The position numbers and the translations under genes are program-made. The notes beneath the pieces were generated by a model. That model did no database searches. It was not told where the DNA came from and saw only the letters and a list, made by a program, of their open reading frames with translations. Source: Amphiscolops sp. MND2022 (taxonomy: Eukaryota). Taken from it: 64,000 bases of DNA. Positions 12,255-24,216 of the stretch are shown piece by piece. Position 1 is the stretch's first letter. Each line of letters starts with the position of its first letter. Location of the stretch: contig OZ076413.1 in the NCBI GenBank assembly GCA_964187785.1, positions 41,356,001 through 41,420,000 on the forward strand, read 5' to 3'.

Positions 12255-13407
12255 TTTTTAACAAAACCTAGACAATTCAGGTTCCAGTTGTAAGTTTTTT
12301 AGAGTTATATTGCATTTTCTATTACTGCAATTAAAATTTAAAAAACACATTTCATTACCGACACGATCACTTTGAATCCGCACACGGTTTTCTCAACTAC
12401 TCGTTTCATTTGATCACTGTTTCCCAGGTAGTACAATAAGAATTATACTGAAGTCATTTTGCATTGAATTAGCGGTAAAACTAATCGCAACTTATTTGCT
12501 TTTGAAGTTAGAGCTGATTCTCACTGAAACCTGCAAAACTTCAAGGATTAAAATTTCCGCGAAAGTTTTGATGAGTCTTTCAGGAAGCTTGAAAAGAGTT
12601 AATTACGTCAGAGAAACATTTTCGCAATAAAAGTTTCGTAACAGTCGTAGAAACCCATACTAAAAACTCCCGGCAACAATTAAATTCTTGCGAAAATTCG
12701 AACAGTTGGAACAAGGGCTAGAATTGTGATTTTAGTAGAGTTGTCTAAAAGCTTGCTCTTTGTATAAATAAATTGAGGTTGGGAATACAGGAAATACAGG
12801 TTCGATATTCATTCAAAAACAAGTGACCCACTCTTATTTTGTACACAATGAAGACTTTGATATCGAGCCGTACGAACCTAAATTTATCATACCCGTACTT
12901 TGTTTTTAAAAATAGCCGGACAAAATTAGGAAAATCATCATTTTTGAGAATTGTTTTTAGCTTATGAGTACGTTATCTTAACTGTTAACTAAAGCTGGCA
13001 GTAGGTTCGTATGATTCCATACGAAACACCACATAGTTCATTTCGTTTTCAAGCATGGAACCATATGAATGGAATCGCACGGAATTGTGTTGATCATATG
13101 GCTCCATGCATGGAATTGCACGGAAGCCTCGTGAGTTTAAGTCCGGAAGGTTCTGAAAAAAAATTGACGTTTATTGAAGTTCGGAATGGAAATCATTTCG
13201 AATGAACTGTATGTCCAAACAAACGTGTATGTGAGTTCATTCTTTCCAGGTAACGTAATAAAGGTAAGCTTCATCTCTTACCATTGAAATTCTGTGAAGC
13301 GCCATATGATGCGCTATGTAAATGCGTGACCGAGAAGTTGAAGCCCCCTGAGAACCAATATTTTTCATCCGTGAAAACTTTTTCTAGCTAGATGGACTGA
13401 GCAGGAG

Positions 13408-13596
13408 TACTTGAACAATATCTAAGTTTCCAAGAAATTATAACTGTCACCGGGATGATCTGTGCAAAGTATACCCTTACGTGTCAGTCACGAATGAATT
13501 TTACTTTGTTTATCAATTTACGTCATTATAAACTTTGTACAGACCATCTCGCTGACACTCTTATAGTTTCTTGGAAATTTAGATATTTTCCAAGTA
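13408..13596. repeat. Small imperfect palindrome (MITE-like), ~42-bp arms
   Basis: TACTTGAACAATATCTAAGTTTCCAAGAAATTATAACTGTCA (13408-13449) is inverted at 13553-13596. Confidence 0.6.
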
Positions 13597-15897
13597 GGCG
13601 ATCTCTGGATTTGATGGTTTGAACAAGTCAACATGCCAAATCTTTCATTTTCCCATTTTGATGTTTATTTCCCATTTTCGCACAACTTTTAGGTAGAGCT
13701 ATAGATACAAGTTTTTCAAGGTGAACTGATTTTTCAAAAAATGTGTGGCATTTTCGAGAACTTGGATATTTTTCAGTTACTGTTCCTGGTCCCGTTTTCT
13801 CATACCCAGTTCGTGTTGGGACTTTCCCAATAACTTTGTTCCAAAGTACAGTCCTAAGATGAGTTTCATTAAGTTTTTCAACATCTAACCTTTGGTAATT
13901 ACGGACATTATCTTAAGATCCACGGATGAGCATGGAACCCTAGAGAAGAACTTACCATAATCTTGGCATGTTTTACCATGATCTCAGCGAGAGTTTCATA
14001 TCTTTGACCAGTGGGTAGGCATTGCAGGAAAAACTTCTCCGGGAAAAATTGCGACTTGAAATATGTTGTAGATGTCAGAAGATAAGTGTAATGGACCATA
14101 AAAATTTCTACCTCTTTGTTCTGTCCGATACCATTCTGTCTATCTTCCTACTGACAGAAGACAACACAGTTAATCTGTTCAACGTCACTTGGCCACTTGG
14201 GCAATCACGTGACTTCACTTTGTGTTATCTAACACAAGCTTTGGTCAAGTTTGAAAAGAGGAGAAGCGATGAAAGCTTTTTTGTTCACATTGACAGGTTC
14301 CCAATTAACACGTCACTTATGTCAAGGTCCCATCTAACTGCAAATGGCCTCTATTGATTTTTTGTTGAATTGTGAGGCGATGGAGCCAACAAAGATTTAC
14401 TTCGTTCCAAAAGTCTGTAAGTTGATTGCTCGATGATAAACATTACATACACTTCCAGGAAACATTTCAGAAAATACTAGTGTGTTTGAGTTGAATGCAA
14501 ATTTTTTCTATCTGGTGGTCGTTTTCAGGTGACAAAATTAGCATGAACGGGGTCTACCCATTGAATTTTTCTCAGTTGAAACTTTTTTAAATGACACTAG
14601 AAGGAGGAAGAAGAAGATATCAGGAATTCCCTTGGTCGCGAAATTATTGGATTACTCGAAAAAGGCCGTTTTACCGGTCAAATGGAATCACACAGACAGA
14701 TAGTTTACACTATACCCAAGAGTACGTTAACAGCCCTGATGATGGTATCGTAGTACCGTAGAACTGATAACATGAGTTGAATCACCAATGTGTCATTGAT
14801 ACATTTCAAGAGAAATCTTTGAGAACCGTGCACTTGATCGATTTTGCATGCACTTCATTTTCAGTTCAGCTCACAACTGGTAATGGTTACGTAATCGGAG
14901 TATATCAGCGGAATCAATATATAATAACAATTTTTTGCTGTCAGTTGAGAAGTTTTTATTAGCCCGAAATCTTTTCCAGATGTTTTTTCTTAAAATTTCT
15001 GATCCACAAACGGAGCGTCGACTTGGTCCGTTGGTAGCTTGTTCGAGGCAACACTACACAAGCTGGTATGTTTTGATATTAAAAACACATGTAACGAGGA
15101 ACTGCAAATACGAGAACAGCGCTATCATAGGCGTTTCGTGTCTGTTGGACATAATTCTTTCATGTCAAACTTTTGAAGAATGAGCTTACTGATTTTTTTG
15201 AGCAAACTTTCTCCTTATAGTTGTTGGTGTATCTCTACATATCTCAACAGTTCGAGTGTAATGTTTCTGTTATGTTTTTTGAAAGGTGCAGCTACAAAAA
15301 AAAGCAGACTCACTTCCGCAAACAAAACAAAAAAAATCTATTTTCCCAATGTAGATACGTTTGCCGTGGAAATGTTTGTTTTGCAGAGAAGAACAAAACG
15401 AGGAAGATCATTTGATAAAGGTGCCTGTGATGATTGTTTGCAGAATGTTAACAATTTTGAAACTATAAACTCTGTGTACTGCCGCTTTGCGACCTTTCCG
15501 CACTTTGGTTCCCGTTAGTTTGTAATATCAACAACATATTATATAGTTTTGTTGCACACAAGGTCGTGTTATGTAAAGGTTAAAGGTTGCCGTTTTTATG
15601 CACCAAGGAATTTTGAGAAAATCCGCTTTGCCAAAAAAGGAGTTCTATGCAACTATTTTTCGCAAGAAAAACCCAAAAAAATCCACATTTTTTAATCTCT
15701 GTGTGCTGTTCAAACCCATCGAGGAACCAACAAAGTGTGAAATGAAACAATGCAATAAAGAAAAATTATGAGAGATCCAAAAGTTCAAAAAAGTACTGTC
15801 ACTAGAAAAGAAATCGGGACAAAGAGTTTTCTGTAGATATAAGAAAAAGGTTAGCGCTAAAGATTTTTAGAAGCCGATGACATAAACAAAAAGAAAG

Positions 15898-16917
15898 TCA
15901 GTATTTAGTGGGATAGCCCCGATGTTTGAGAACAGCCCGAAACCGTCTCGGGATGGATTCAAATAACTTTTGAATGTAGCTGTCCGGAATGAAATAAAAT
16001 TCTTTTTTCCAAACAACTCCACATATCATTCAAATTTGTAAATTCTTTGCCCTCCCGCTTGTCACCGAGCATCTTTCATACGTTTTCAATGACATTCAGG
16101 TCGGGTGAGTGAGGTGGCCAGTCGTTAACTACCATTATCCCATTTTCTTCCAAAAATGACATTGTTGAAGCTGCTTTATGAAGAGGCGCGTTGTCTCGGA
16201 GCAGTAGGAAGTCTTCGTCCCAAATTGGTAAAAAAATTCTAGTTGAGGAGTGCTTGGTACGCTGGTCCATCTAAAGAATTGCGGATTCTAACAAGAATTC
16301 AGAACCCCGAAGACCAAATTGCCCCCCAGACCATCAACTTTCGGCTCCTAGTGTTGGTACTTCTGGCTCTAAATACTGTGGGCGGTGACTAAAATCAACA
16401 GGTCCTTTCGGTCGCCAAACAAACTCCTGCCTTCTAGGATCCAGCTCAAAAGTTAATTCGTCGGTTGCAACCCATTTGGAAAAATCTGTAGGTAGGTTTT
16501 TTAACGTCTGCCTACACCACATTTTTCCTAAAAGGCGATGTCATGCGGTAACATTGAATTTCTTTGCAGCAATGCGTCTGTTCAAGCCATATTTATTTAG
16601 AACTTTTCGTACGCCATCAACTGTATACAGATGACCATCTGTCCAATCATTTTTCAGTTGTCGGGTTGAGAGACGGGGGGAAATAGTTGCCATACTTAAC
16701 AAATTTCGAATCGATCTTTCATTAGCTTTGGGTCGTCTCCCTGTACATGATTTAGGTCCTATGCTGCCAGTTTTTTTTGATTTTTGAAATTGACAATGGT
16801 TCGATTATCAAAACTCTTGCTGGTATCTGTGAAGTCTGCAATTTCACGTTGCGTTTTGCCTCCTTGGAAAAAACGAAGAATTAGTTTTCGAACAGAATAC
16901 GTAGTATTAGGAGCCAT
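15898..16917 (-). pseudogene. Degenerate Tc1/mariner-superfamily transposase (DD35E spacing)
   Basis: MAPNT.. start; HTH (TQREIAD), GRRPK linker, WVATDE, RDNAPLH, WPPHSPDLNVIEN, C-terminal GYPTKY*; internal stops and frameshifts; TIRs not found. Confidence 0.88.
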
Positions 16918-17599
16918 GAAAATTTACTCGAAACAAAGTAATAAACTGTCTTTTTTGAGATCAACCAGTGACAAAAATGATATCTGAACATTTGAACTGT
17001 TTCGATTTTGACTGGTTGCTTAATTAACTTCATTGTCAATTAATTTTGTTCGTGCGTCGTTGTTCAATGTTTATCCCGATTTCAATTTCGATGACTGTAG
17101 TCTGTTTTAAAGCATCACTAAGGATACTTGGGGTTAAATTCATGTGAGTTTGCGCCTTCAAGTTACGCCAATTTGTTATGAGTCTTCCAAGCAATATGAT
17201 AAAATTTTAATTAAACTGAAAGAGTTTAAGAAAATCATGATAGCAGATTTTTACAACATTGAAAAATATTTTCAAAATCAAGCAATTTTAACAAGGGACT
17301 TCAACACATACGCCTACACGTGCAAAGATCATATGCACATGTGAACTCGCTCGACCTCATAGACAAAAAACTTTTTTTTTGCGAACATGTTTCCGTAACA
17401 TCAATTTTGAAATTTCGTGAAAACTTTAAAAAATCATTTCCACTACTTTCATTGGTGTTATGAAGTATTCTCTCGTTGTTTCTTAACAACCCTATTACAA
17501 TGAAAATTACTTTGGGAAAAGTGATGCAGAAAGAGGAGGTTTACTCAATTAAGCTCTAAACTGATTTAGGCTGTTATAGAGACCACGGAGGGGTGTTAT

Positions 17600-18060
17600 T
17601 AGGGCTGTTTGAAAAAAAAACATGAGGTGTTTAAAACACTGTTTAAAGCACTGTTTAAAACACTGTTTTAAACAGTTTGTTTTTCAAATAAAAATTACAC
17701 ATTTGTATATTTCTTGGGAGCCCAGTCAATTTGCGGAAAGTTTGACTAAGCACTTGTCCCCTGTACCGAAGACATACTTACTCTCTGTCCATCAAGTGCG
17801 GGATCGGAAAGAATTTTCAGTACCATGGGGTGGATCCACGATGACTTGAGGAATTGAAACTGTGAAAAAACTTACATTATGCGCAAAAATTTTGAGAAAA
17901 TAATTTTTGTGGCATAGATTTGTTTTTGAATATAATACGTTTTCGTTACATAAGTTTGTTTTTGAAAAAAATACATTTTTGTATTTAAAACAAGTGTAAT
18001 TTTTAATAAAAAACGTTTAAAACGTTTTTATTTTAAAAAAAGTGTTTTTTTGCAGCCCTG
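17600..18060. mobile_element. hAT-like MITE
   Basis: (T/C)AGGGCTG...CAGCCCTG ends; 8-bp TSD GGTGTTAT (17592-17599, 18061-18068); 12-bp TGTTTAAAACAC subterminal repeats. Confidence 0.8.
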
Positions 18061-18123
18061 GGTGTTATAAAACTTTTTTGAGGAGTCATTTATTCTAGCT
18101 CCTGTCGTTCCCGTACATGGCCA

Positions 18124-18584
18124 CCCGAGTCGACCCGAGTCCTATTTGCATCTTAGCTGCTATGGAAATATCTCTTCAAATTCTTACTAGATCTTGGCCG
18201 AGAAAGTTGAAAAAAGTTTCGAGTATTCACATTCTATTAAAAACAAAGGCAACGAGTCACTCCGCACGATCAAAAGATATTTTTAGTGGTTGTAATGATC
18301 TTATTTTCTTTTAATTTTAGAGATTTGAGTGAATTTTAGAATAAATTTCAATTTACCATTGATTACTTTTGATTTAATTTTTTCTCATGTTGCTTTTTTC
18401 TCGCTATCACGCAATTCTTAGCAAGATTTTTTGGCATCTTGGGTTTCTTAATAGATTTTTCTGGAAACCATGATTATCTTGATAAGATCTTACCATGATC
18501 ACAAGCATACCCTGGCAGGTCTTAGTCAACTGTTCCAAAATTTTGGCCAGTTTTTGCAAGATATTCATGGTGTGTCAACCCGGA
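18124..18584. mobile_element. Degenerate CCCGGG-ended MITE (same family as 55711-56794)
   Basis: CCCGAGTCGAC...GTCAACCCGG ends, AAGATCTT-type subterminal repeats, possible CA 2-bp TSD. Confidence 0.55.
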
Positions 18585-19056
18585 CATGCATGGTGCATGT
18601 AGGGTCCATTCTGAAAAGTGACAATAACATGGCCTTCTTGAAAACGTTTGAGCTCGGTCACAAATTAACTCGACTTTATTGCTCTCAAATTGTTTGGTCA
18701 ACGATGGATGGGACTTCCCACTTGGCCGAGTATCCACCAGGCCGAAATATTATGTTCATTAAAGAACTCGGTCTCCCTCCTGACTGGGCCATCCGCGGTC
18801 GGCCTTTGTCAAAACGATCTGCTTGAATAGTAACGGCACGTCGTTCTCAACGCTTCATTAAAATCATTCACAACTCGCAATTAAATTCATTCTCAAATTT
18901 GATTAGAAGAATGACACGTTGCAAATGTATGCGGATAATACTACCTGGAAAACAAAATAGAGTCAATCGAGCATTACGATAATGTAGTCAGCTATGGTCA
19001 CATAGCTTTAGCGCCCTAAATGCAGGAGCGAAGCTACACTGAGCGACGTGTCGGTA

Positions 19057-20656
19057 CCCAGTGTTCGAAGCCATGGAACCCTTGCCATGATCATGGTAAA
19101 TCTTGCTAAATCATGGTTAACCATGGTACCCTTGTCAAGATCATGGCAAATCATGATACATGGAACGCTTGTTAAGATCATGGCAAGATCTTGACAAGAT
19201 AATCATGGTAAGACATGTAAGCTGGTATTAATTGTGCATAATTTATTCTTTTCGCAAAAATTCCTTGTCGTCTGCAATTTTTGAATTAGCCATTGCAATA
19301 ACTTCGGACATAACATTTATTGATCGAAAATAGTTTTTAATTGAAAATTATCCAAAACTTGCTCAATAATTTGCTGCACCTATTGACCGAGTTTTGTTAC
19401 TTGAGAGCACGGCATTGTTACTACTATCATAAATTATCATACAAAGCAATCTCCGAATCAAGTTATTGCAACTAGCGGGTTTGCGATATCGGTGTGAAAA
19501 CCAACTTTTCTAGCTATGATTTGTTTACAATTAGGCAAATCATGTTATTATCTTATCTATTGAGGTAATGGGTTCTAATTACTGAAGTTCGAGAATGCAG
19601 TAAAAACTTATAATGGTCGGAGCAAAAACACCTTTTGTAACGGCAAGCTGTTATCGGTCGCTTAACGCGTTAACAGAGGTGGAGGAACCTGCAGGAATGG
19701 GTGAATCGCTCGGGACAGGCGCCCATCGCCACAGATCCATTTTGCCTCCAGGGGTGAAATACGTCCCGGGGCCGCGGGTGCTTCGACGAATACTGTCCAA
19801 CCGGTCCTAGTCTTTGATTGCTAATAGTAACAGGCATCTTTCTGACTCTCTAAAGACCACCGCTTAACTAGCATATAAAAACAATGCCAAGAAAAAGGTA
19901 AAATTTCAGTTCCAGGGTGACATGTGAATAAGATCTAAAATTGGGAAATAAGATCTAAACTAGCGCTAGCGCTACTGAATACAGCTAAAATCACTGAAAA
20001 CACATGAAAACAGGCACGAATATGGCAAACCACACAGCTACAAGCTGGGGCGCAGGGGCTCCAAGCACCAAATAAAGTTCTTTGGGCGAAAAGACTCATT
20101 TTTACGGTTTCCGCTACATAGGGTAGCATAATGCTGAAAATCGATAAAACCGGTGTTAGCACCTCAAAAAGAGTCTATTTTCGGATGTTCTTGCCGTCTC
20201 TGGCTTCTGTCATGGCGGCGCGCCCGTGTTTTTGCTCGTTCTTGCTCTTTGTTGTCGAAGTACCTGCCAATTTCGTGGAAACAGCGAAAAGAGCAATCAC
20301 ATGCTCAGTGCCACGTCACACATCGGATTAGAATTTTTGACAAAATTTCTGAACATGTCAAAGTTGCAAAATCGGTTGATATTGCTGTACCAGAGCTTGC
20401 CGTTACATTTCCTTTAATGTCTTGATTATCAGTTTTTCTTCTGTTTAACCCTATGCATGTCTGTTTTTTGGTCCGAATAAATTTTTAGATACTAGTTACA
20501 ATTTGGAAGTGAGAGCTCTGAATTTTCCAAAAGTATCGCTAATGGTACCATGGAACCCTTGCCAAGATCATGGTTAGCCTTTGCACGATCTTGCATGGCC
20601 ATGGTATCCTTACCAAGATCATGGCAAGATCTTGGCAAGGCTAGCAAGGTACTGGG
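19057..20656. mobile_element. CCCAG..CTGGG-ended non-autonomous DNA element (CMC/EnSpm-like architecture)
   Basis: CCCAGT/ACTGGG ends, TA TSD, dense CCATGG/CAAGATCATGG subterminal repeats at both ends. Confidence 0.7.
19636..20407 (+). mobile_element. TGT..ACA-ended non-autonomous TIR element, copy 1
   Basis: 14-bp perfect TIR TGTAACGGCAAGCT/AGCTTGCCGTTACA; TTT on both flanks; inverted paralog at 52749-53490. Confidence 0.75.
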
Positions 20657-21974
20657 TACTATTCCAGCGGATTGTTTTGATGAAGGCCGACTTGGCCGGG
20701 CCCGGATGGCCTCGTCGGGAGGAAGACCGAGTCATACAACCAATATAAATTTTTGGCTGGTCTGATTTTCACCCGCTGAAGCATACATGCAATGGTCGTC
20801 CCTCTTAAACGGGTATCGGTTCATTAGATGGAAGTGAGGGGTAAAGCCTCAATATACCCAGCTTTAATATACATCTCATATAACCAAGTGTCAAACCAAG
20901 CATGACTAGCATTTTGGTTTTATTTGAATGACCGTGAAGTGATAAAACTAGATTTAATGTATGTGTGGCAAAATAACCACAACTGTTCGATTTGATTCAC
21001 ATTAAAGCATGATCACATCTGGCTCGAAGAGAAACATAGGAACTTAAACGTTGATATTTTCCGAACCAATTGCAAATAAGCTTCATTGATTTATGAGGCT
21101 GATATTGGAACCCGGTTGAGAAGCACGTTTTTCTGATTTATTTAAACTCGTTTTACATGTTCAAACTGAATCATACAGTGTTACTGTGTTTGTATATATT
21201 TTATTAACTTGGATTACAATAAAGTACGGGATTTTCTGAAGTAAAAAGACAATTAGTTTTATGACTTTTTCTTACATTTATGGGGCGCAGAAACTTCAGA
21301 GTAACAGAATAGGTTTTTTATGTTTTTCAAAGAGTCTATCAACAACAAAATGACAATATTTACGTTTTTGTTCTAGCTCGTTTTTAAATTTTAGAATGTT
21401 AATCGGAGCTAAGAGATTAACAGATTAAATTTAGAGGTCAAAATAGGTTGAATTTTTGTGGTACATGAAGGAACACAAGAAAATTCAACACATTGCCATT
21501 TACAGAAATCTCGACACACTTTCTCACCTCATATTTAATTGAAAAATTTCTCAGTATGCCTCATTTGATAAACTAATTTGTGACAAATTTAGATTATGTA
21601 TGTTCACACTTGGTTATACGGTATAATTACGAATATACTAAAAAATCGAACAGTTTCAAGGTTCGTGGAAGAGCAAAAAAGGTAGAATGCCTCAACCTTC
21701 ATTTATTCACTTTTATTTTTTTATTCACTTCAAGTTTTGGGTTCCTTCAATCATCCCCAGCAGCTGTGAAAGAAGTTCAGTTGCTTTTCAATTATTCCCT
21801 GTTGAAACTGCCAAAGTTTGGATGCACAAACAACTGTGGTTTTGTTACACAAACTCTTGAAAACTGAATTGGATTAAACTTTTGCTCCAATTTTTTTGGC
21901 CATGATTTTAGCGTGACTTTCGACTCAAAATAGCATGTGACTTACTTGAAATAACTGACTGACTTTATGCTGGC

Positions 21975-24216
21975 AGTAGTAGTACTAACAAAGTAGTAAT
22001 AACAGGGAGGTTGTTAAATGACGTTTTGGGCTCCCAACCGAAATTATTCTAAGTCAGAACATTATCTCACTTTTTGGGCTCCCAATTGAAATTAGTCCAA
22101 GTTAGAAAGGTTAATGTTCATTCCAAACATACCGAGCGGAATGTATGTCAATTCTCTTTTATGTTTACTTGGGCAAACAAATGATGAAAGCGCATTCAGA
22201 ATTCAAAACATTTCAACAATGGTAACTGAAATTCAAATTTCATTGATCTTATCAGCCAATTTTGCCTACTCTTGACATTTCATGAAAAATATTATAGAAA
22301 TTAGACAAAAGAACAAAATTGAATAGACTTGTAACACTGATTGAGACTTCAAAGAAGCAATATTTCTCATTTAATTTGAGTTCACCACAAATTGAGAGTG
22401 TATACACATAATTTGAGTGATTTTCAGAAAATGAGGTCGAAACTGTGATTGTAAGGGCAAATGTACTACTATTTCGAAGCGTTGTCACAATGATTTAGAT
22501 CAGAAACGACCAGCAAAAGAGACAATTTTAAACTTTTGAATCCGTATCTCTTTCCCAAGTGCCCGTAGCGTGTCGCATGTGGAAAACAAAATTGTTGAGC
22601 GGTATTAGTGGAATACGTTGACAAAGTAGGATCCAAATTGGATGAAAATTGACTGAGTAATAATTGTTTTCTTTTGACAAAATTTCAGGAAAATCCTGAT
22701 TCATAACTGCAGTTTCCCCGAAATTTTTTTTCCAAGACCCGTGCCTTTATAGGGGGAACGCATGCCCAAATTTGTCCAGAGCAAAACCATTTGGCCTTTT
22801 TAACGAGTTTTCAGCGTTCTAGCATTTCGAGGGAAACAATTGTGGGACTTGGAACTTTTCCAAAACTATTTTCAGTTTTCTTTAAACTTCAGGGCTTTCA
22901 AAGCAAAGAATCGTCCGCACAACTAGGATTACAAGGAAACGCATGCAGAAAGTCCATGAACCGATGAGGAAAAGCTGGTTAGAACGTCCCTTTATCTTAA
23001 CCTGTTGTTCACTTATGATGTTTTGAATTTAAGCTTGCTGAGGGGTCGAGATGTCAAAAACCATCAATTGAAGTTAAGTCTGAATGAAAACTCATCGGAA
23101 ATCATGAAATAGAATAATATCGACTTGGGAGCCATAGAAGTGCAACGATAACCGTAGCCGAAGAGCTAAGAACAAGCACAAACCTGCAGGTGCATATCAA
23201 CGTTTTTCCGAAATAACGCACAATTAAGATAAAGAGACGTTCTAACCAGCCTTCCGCTCATCCGTTCATGAATGTTCTGCATGCGTTCACTTAACATCCT
23301 ATTTGTGCGGACGATTCTTGACTTTGAAGGCGCTGAATTGAAAAAAAAATGAAAAATTGTCTTGAAAAATTTCCAAGTCCCACAACTTTTTCCCTCGAAA
23401 TGCTACAACGCTGAAACCTCGCTAAAAAAAGGCAATAGGTTTTGCTCGGGAAAATTTTGGGCGGGGGTTCCCCTGATAAAGGCAAGGTTCTTGGAAAAAA
23501 TTTTTCGGGAAAAATAGCAGTTATGAATCAGGATTTTTCTGAAATTTGTCAAAAAAAGAATTATTACTCAATCAATTTTCATCGAATTTGGATCCTACTT
23601 TGTCCACCTATTCCACAATATTGTTGTTCACATGCGACACGCTACGGCCGCTTGGGAACAAGATACGGATTCAAAAATTTAAAATTGTCCCTTATGGTGG
23701 TCGTTTTTGATCTAAATCATCGTGAAAATGCTTCGAAATAGTAATACATTTGCCTTTACGTTCACAGTTTCGACCTCATTTTCTGAAAATCACTCAAATT
23801 ATGTGTATACACTCTCAATTTGTGGTGAACTCAAATTAAATCAGAAATATTGTTTCTTTGAATTCTCAATCAGTGTTACAATTCTATTCAATTTAGTTCT
23901 TTCGGCTATTTTCTATTATTTTTCGTGAAATGTCAAGAATAGGCGAAATGGGCTGATAAGATCAATGAAATTTGAATTTCAGTTACCATTGTTGAAATGT
24001 TTTGAATTCTGAATGCGCTTTCATCATTTGTTTGCCCAAGTAAACATAAAAGAGAATTGACATACATTCCGCTCGGTATGTTTGGAATGAACATTAACCT
24101 TTCTAACTTGGACTAATTTCAATTGGGAGCCCAAAAAGTGAGATAATGTTCTGACTTAGAATAATTTCGGTTGGGAGCCCAAAACGTCATTTAACAACCT
24201 CCCTGTTATTACTACT
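21975..24216. mobile_element. Non-autonomous Polinton/Maverick-like foldback element with ~1-kb TIRs
   Basis: AGTAGT...ACTACT termini; 6-bp TSD GCTGGC (21969-21974, 24217-24222); inverted arms 21992-23000 and 23224-24216; ~220-bp non-coding spacer. Confidence 0.75.

Larger units (their letters stand above)
9098..13147. mobile_element. Non-autonomous TIR element with CCCGG-type ends and CCATGC/GCATGG subterminal repeats, expanded by nested insertions
   Basis: 9098-9200 is an imperfect inverted copy of ~13040-13147 (shared GCAATTCCATGCATGGA); possible AG 2-bp TSD. Confidence 0.5.
18730..20790. mobile_element. Old palindromic element interrupted by nested insertions
   Basis: 18766-18849 is the inverted counterpart of 19040-19056 joined to 20659-20732 once 19057-20656 is removed; outer limits approximate. 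Confidence 0.55.

Noticed and set aside
15400..17400. TIRs and TA TSD for the Tc1-like element
   Set aside because: No convincing inverted pair found by eye, so element boundaries are not called
22252..23928. Paired ORFs 22252-22488 and 23722-23928 as duplicated genes
   Set aside because: Mirror translations of the two TIR arms, non-ATG starts, different lengths
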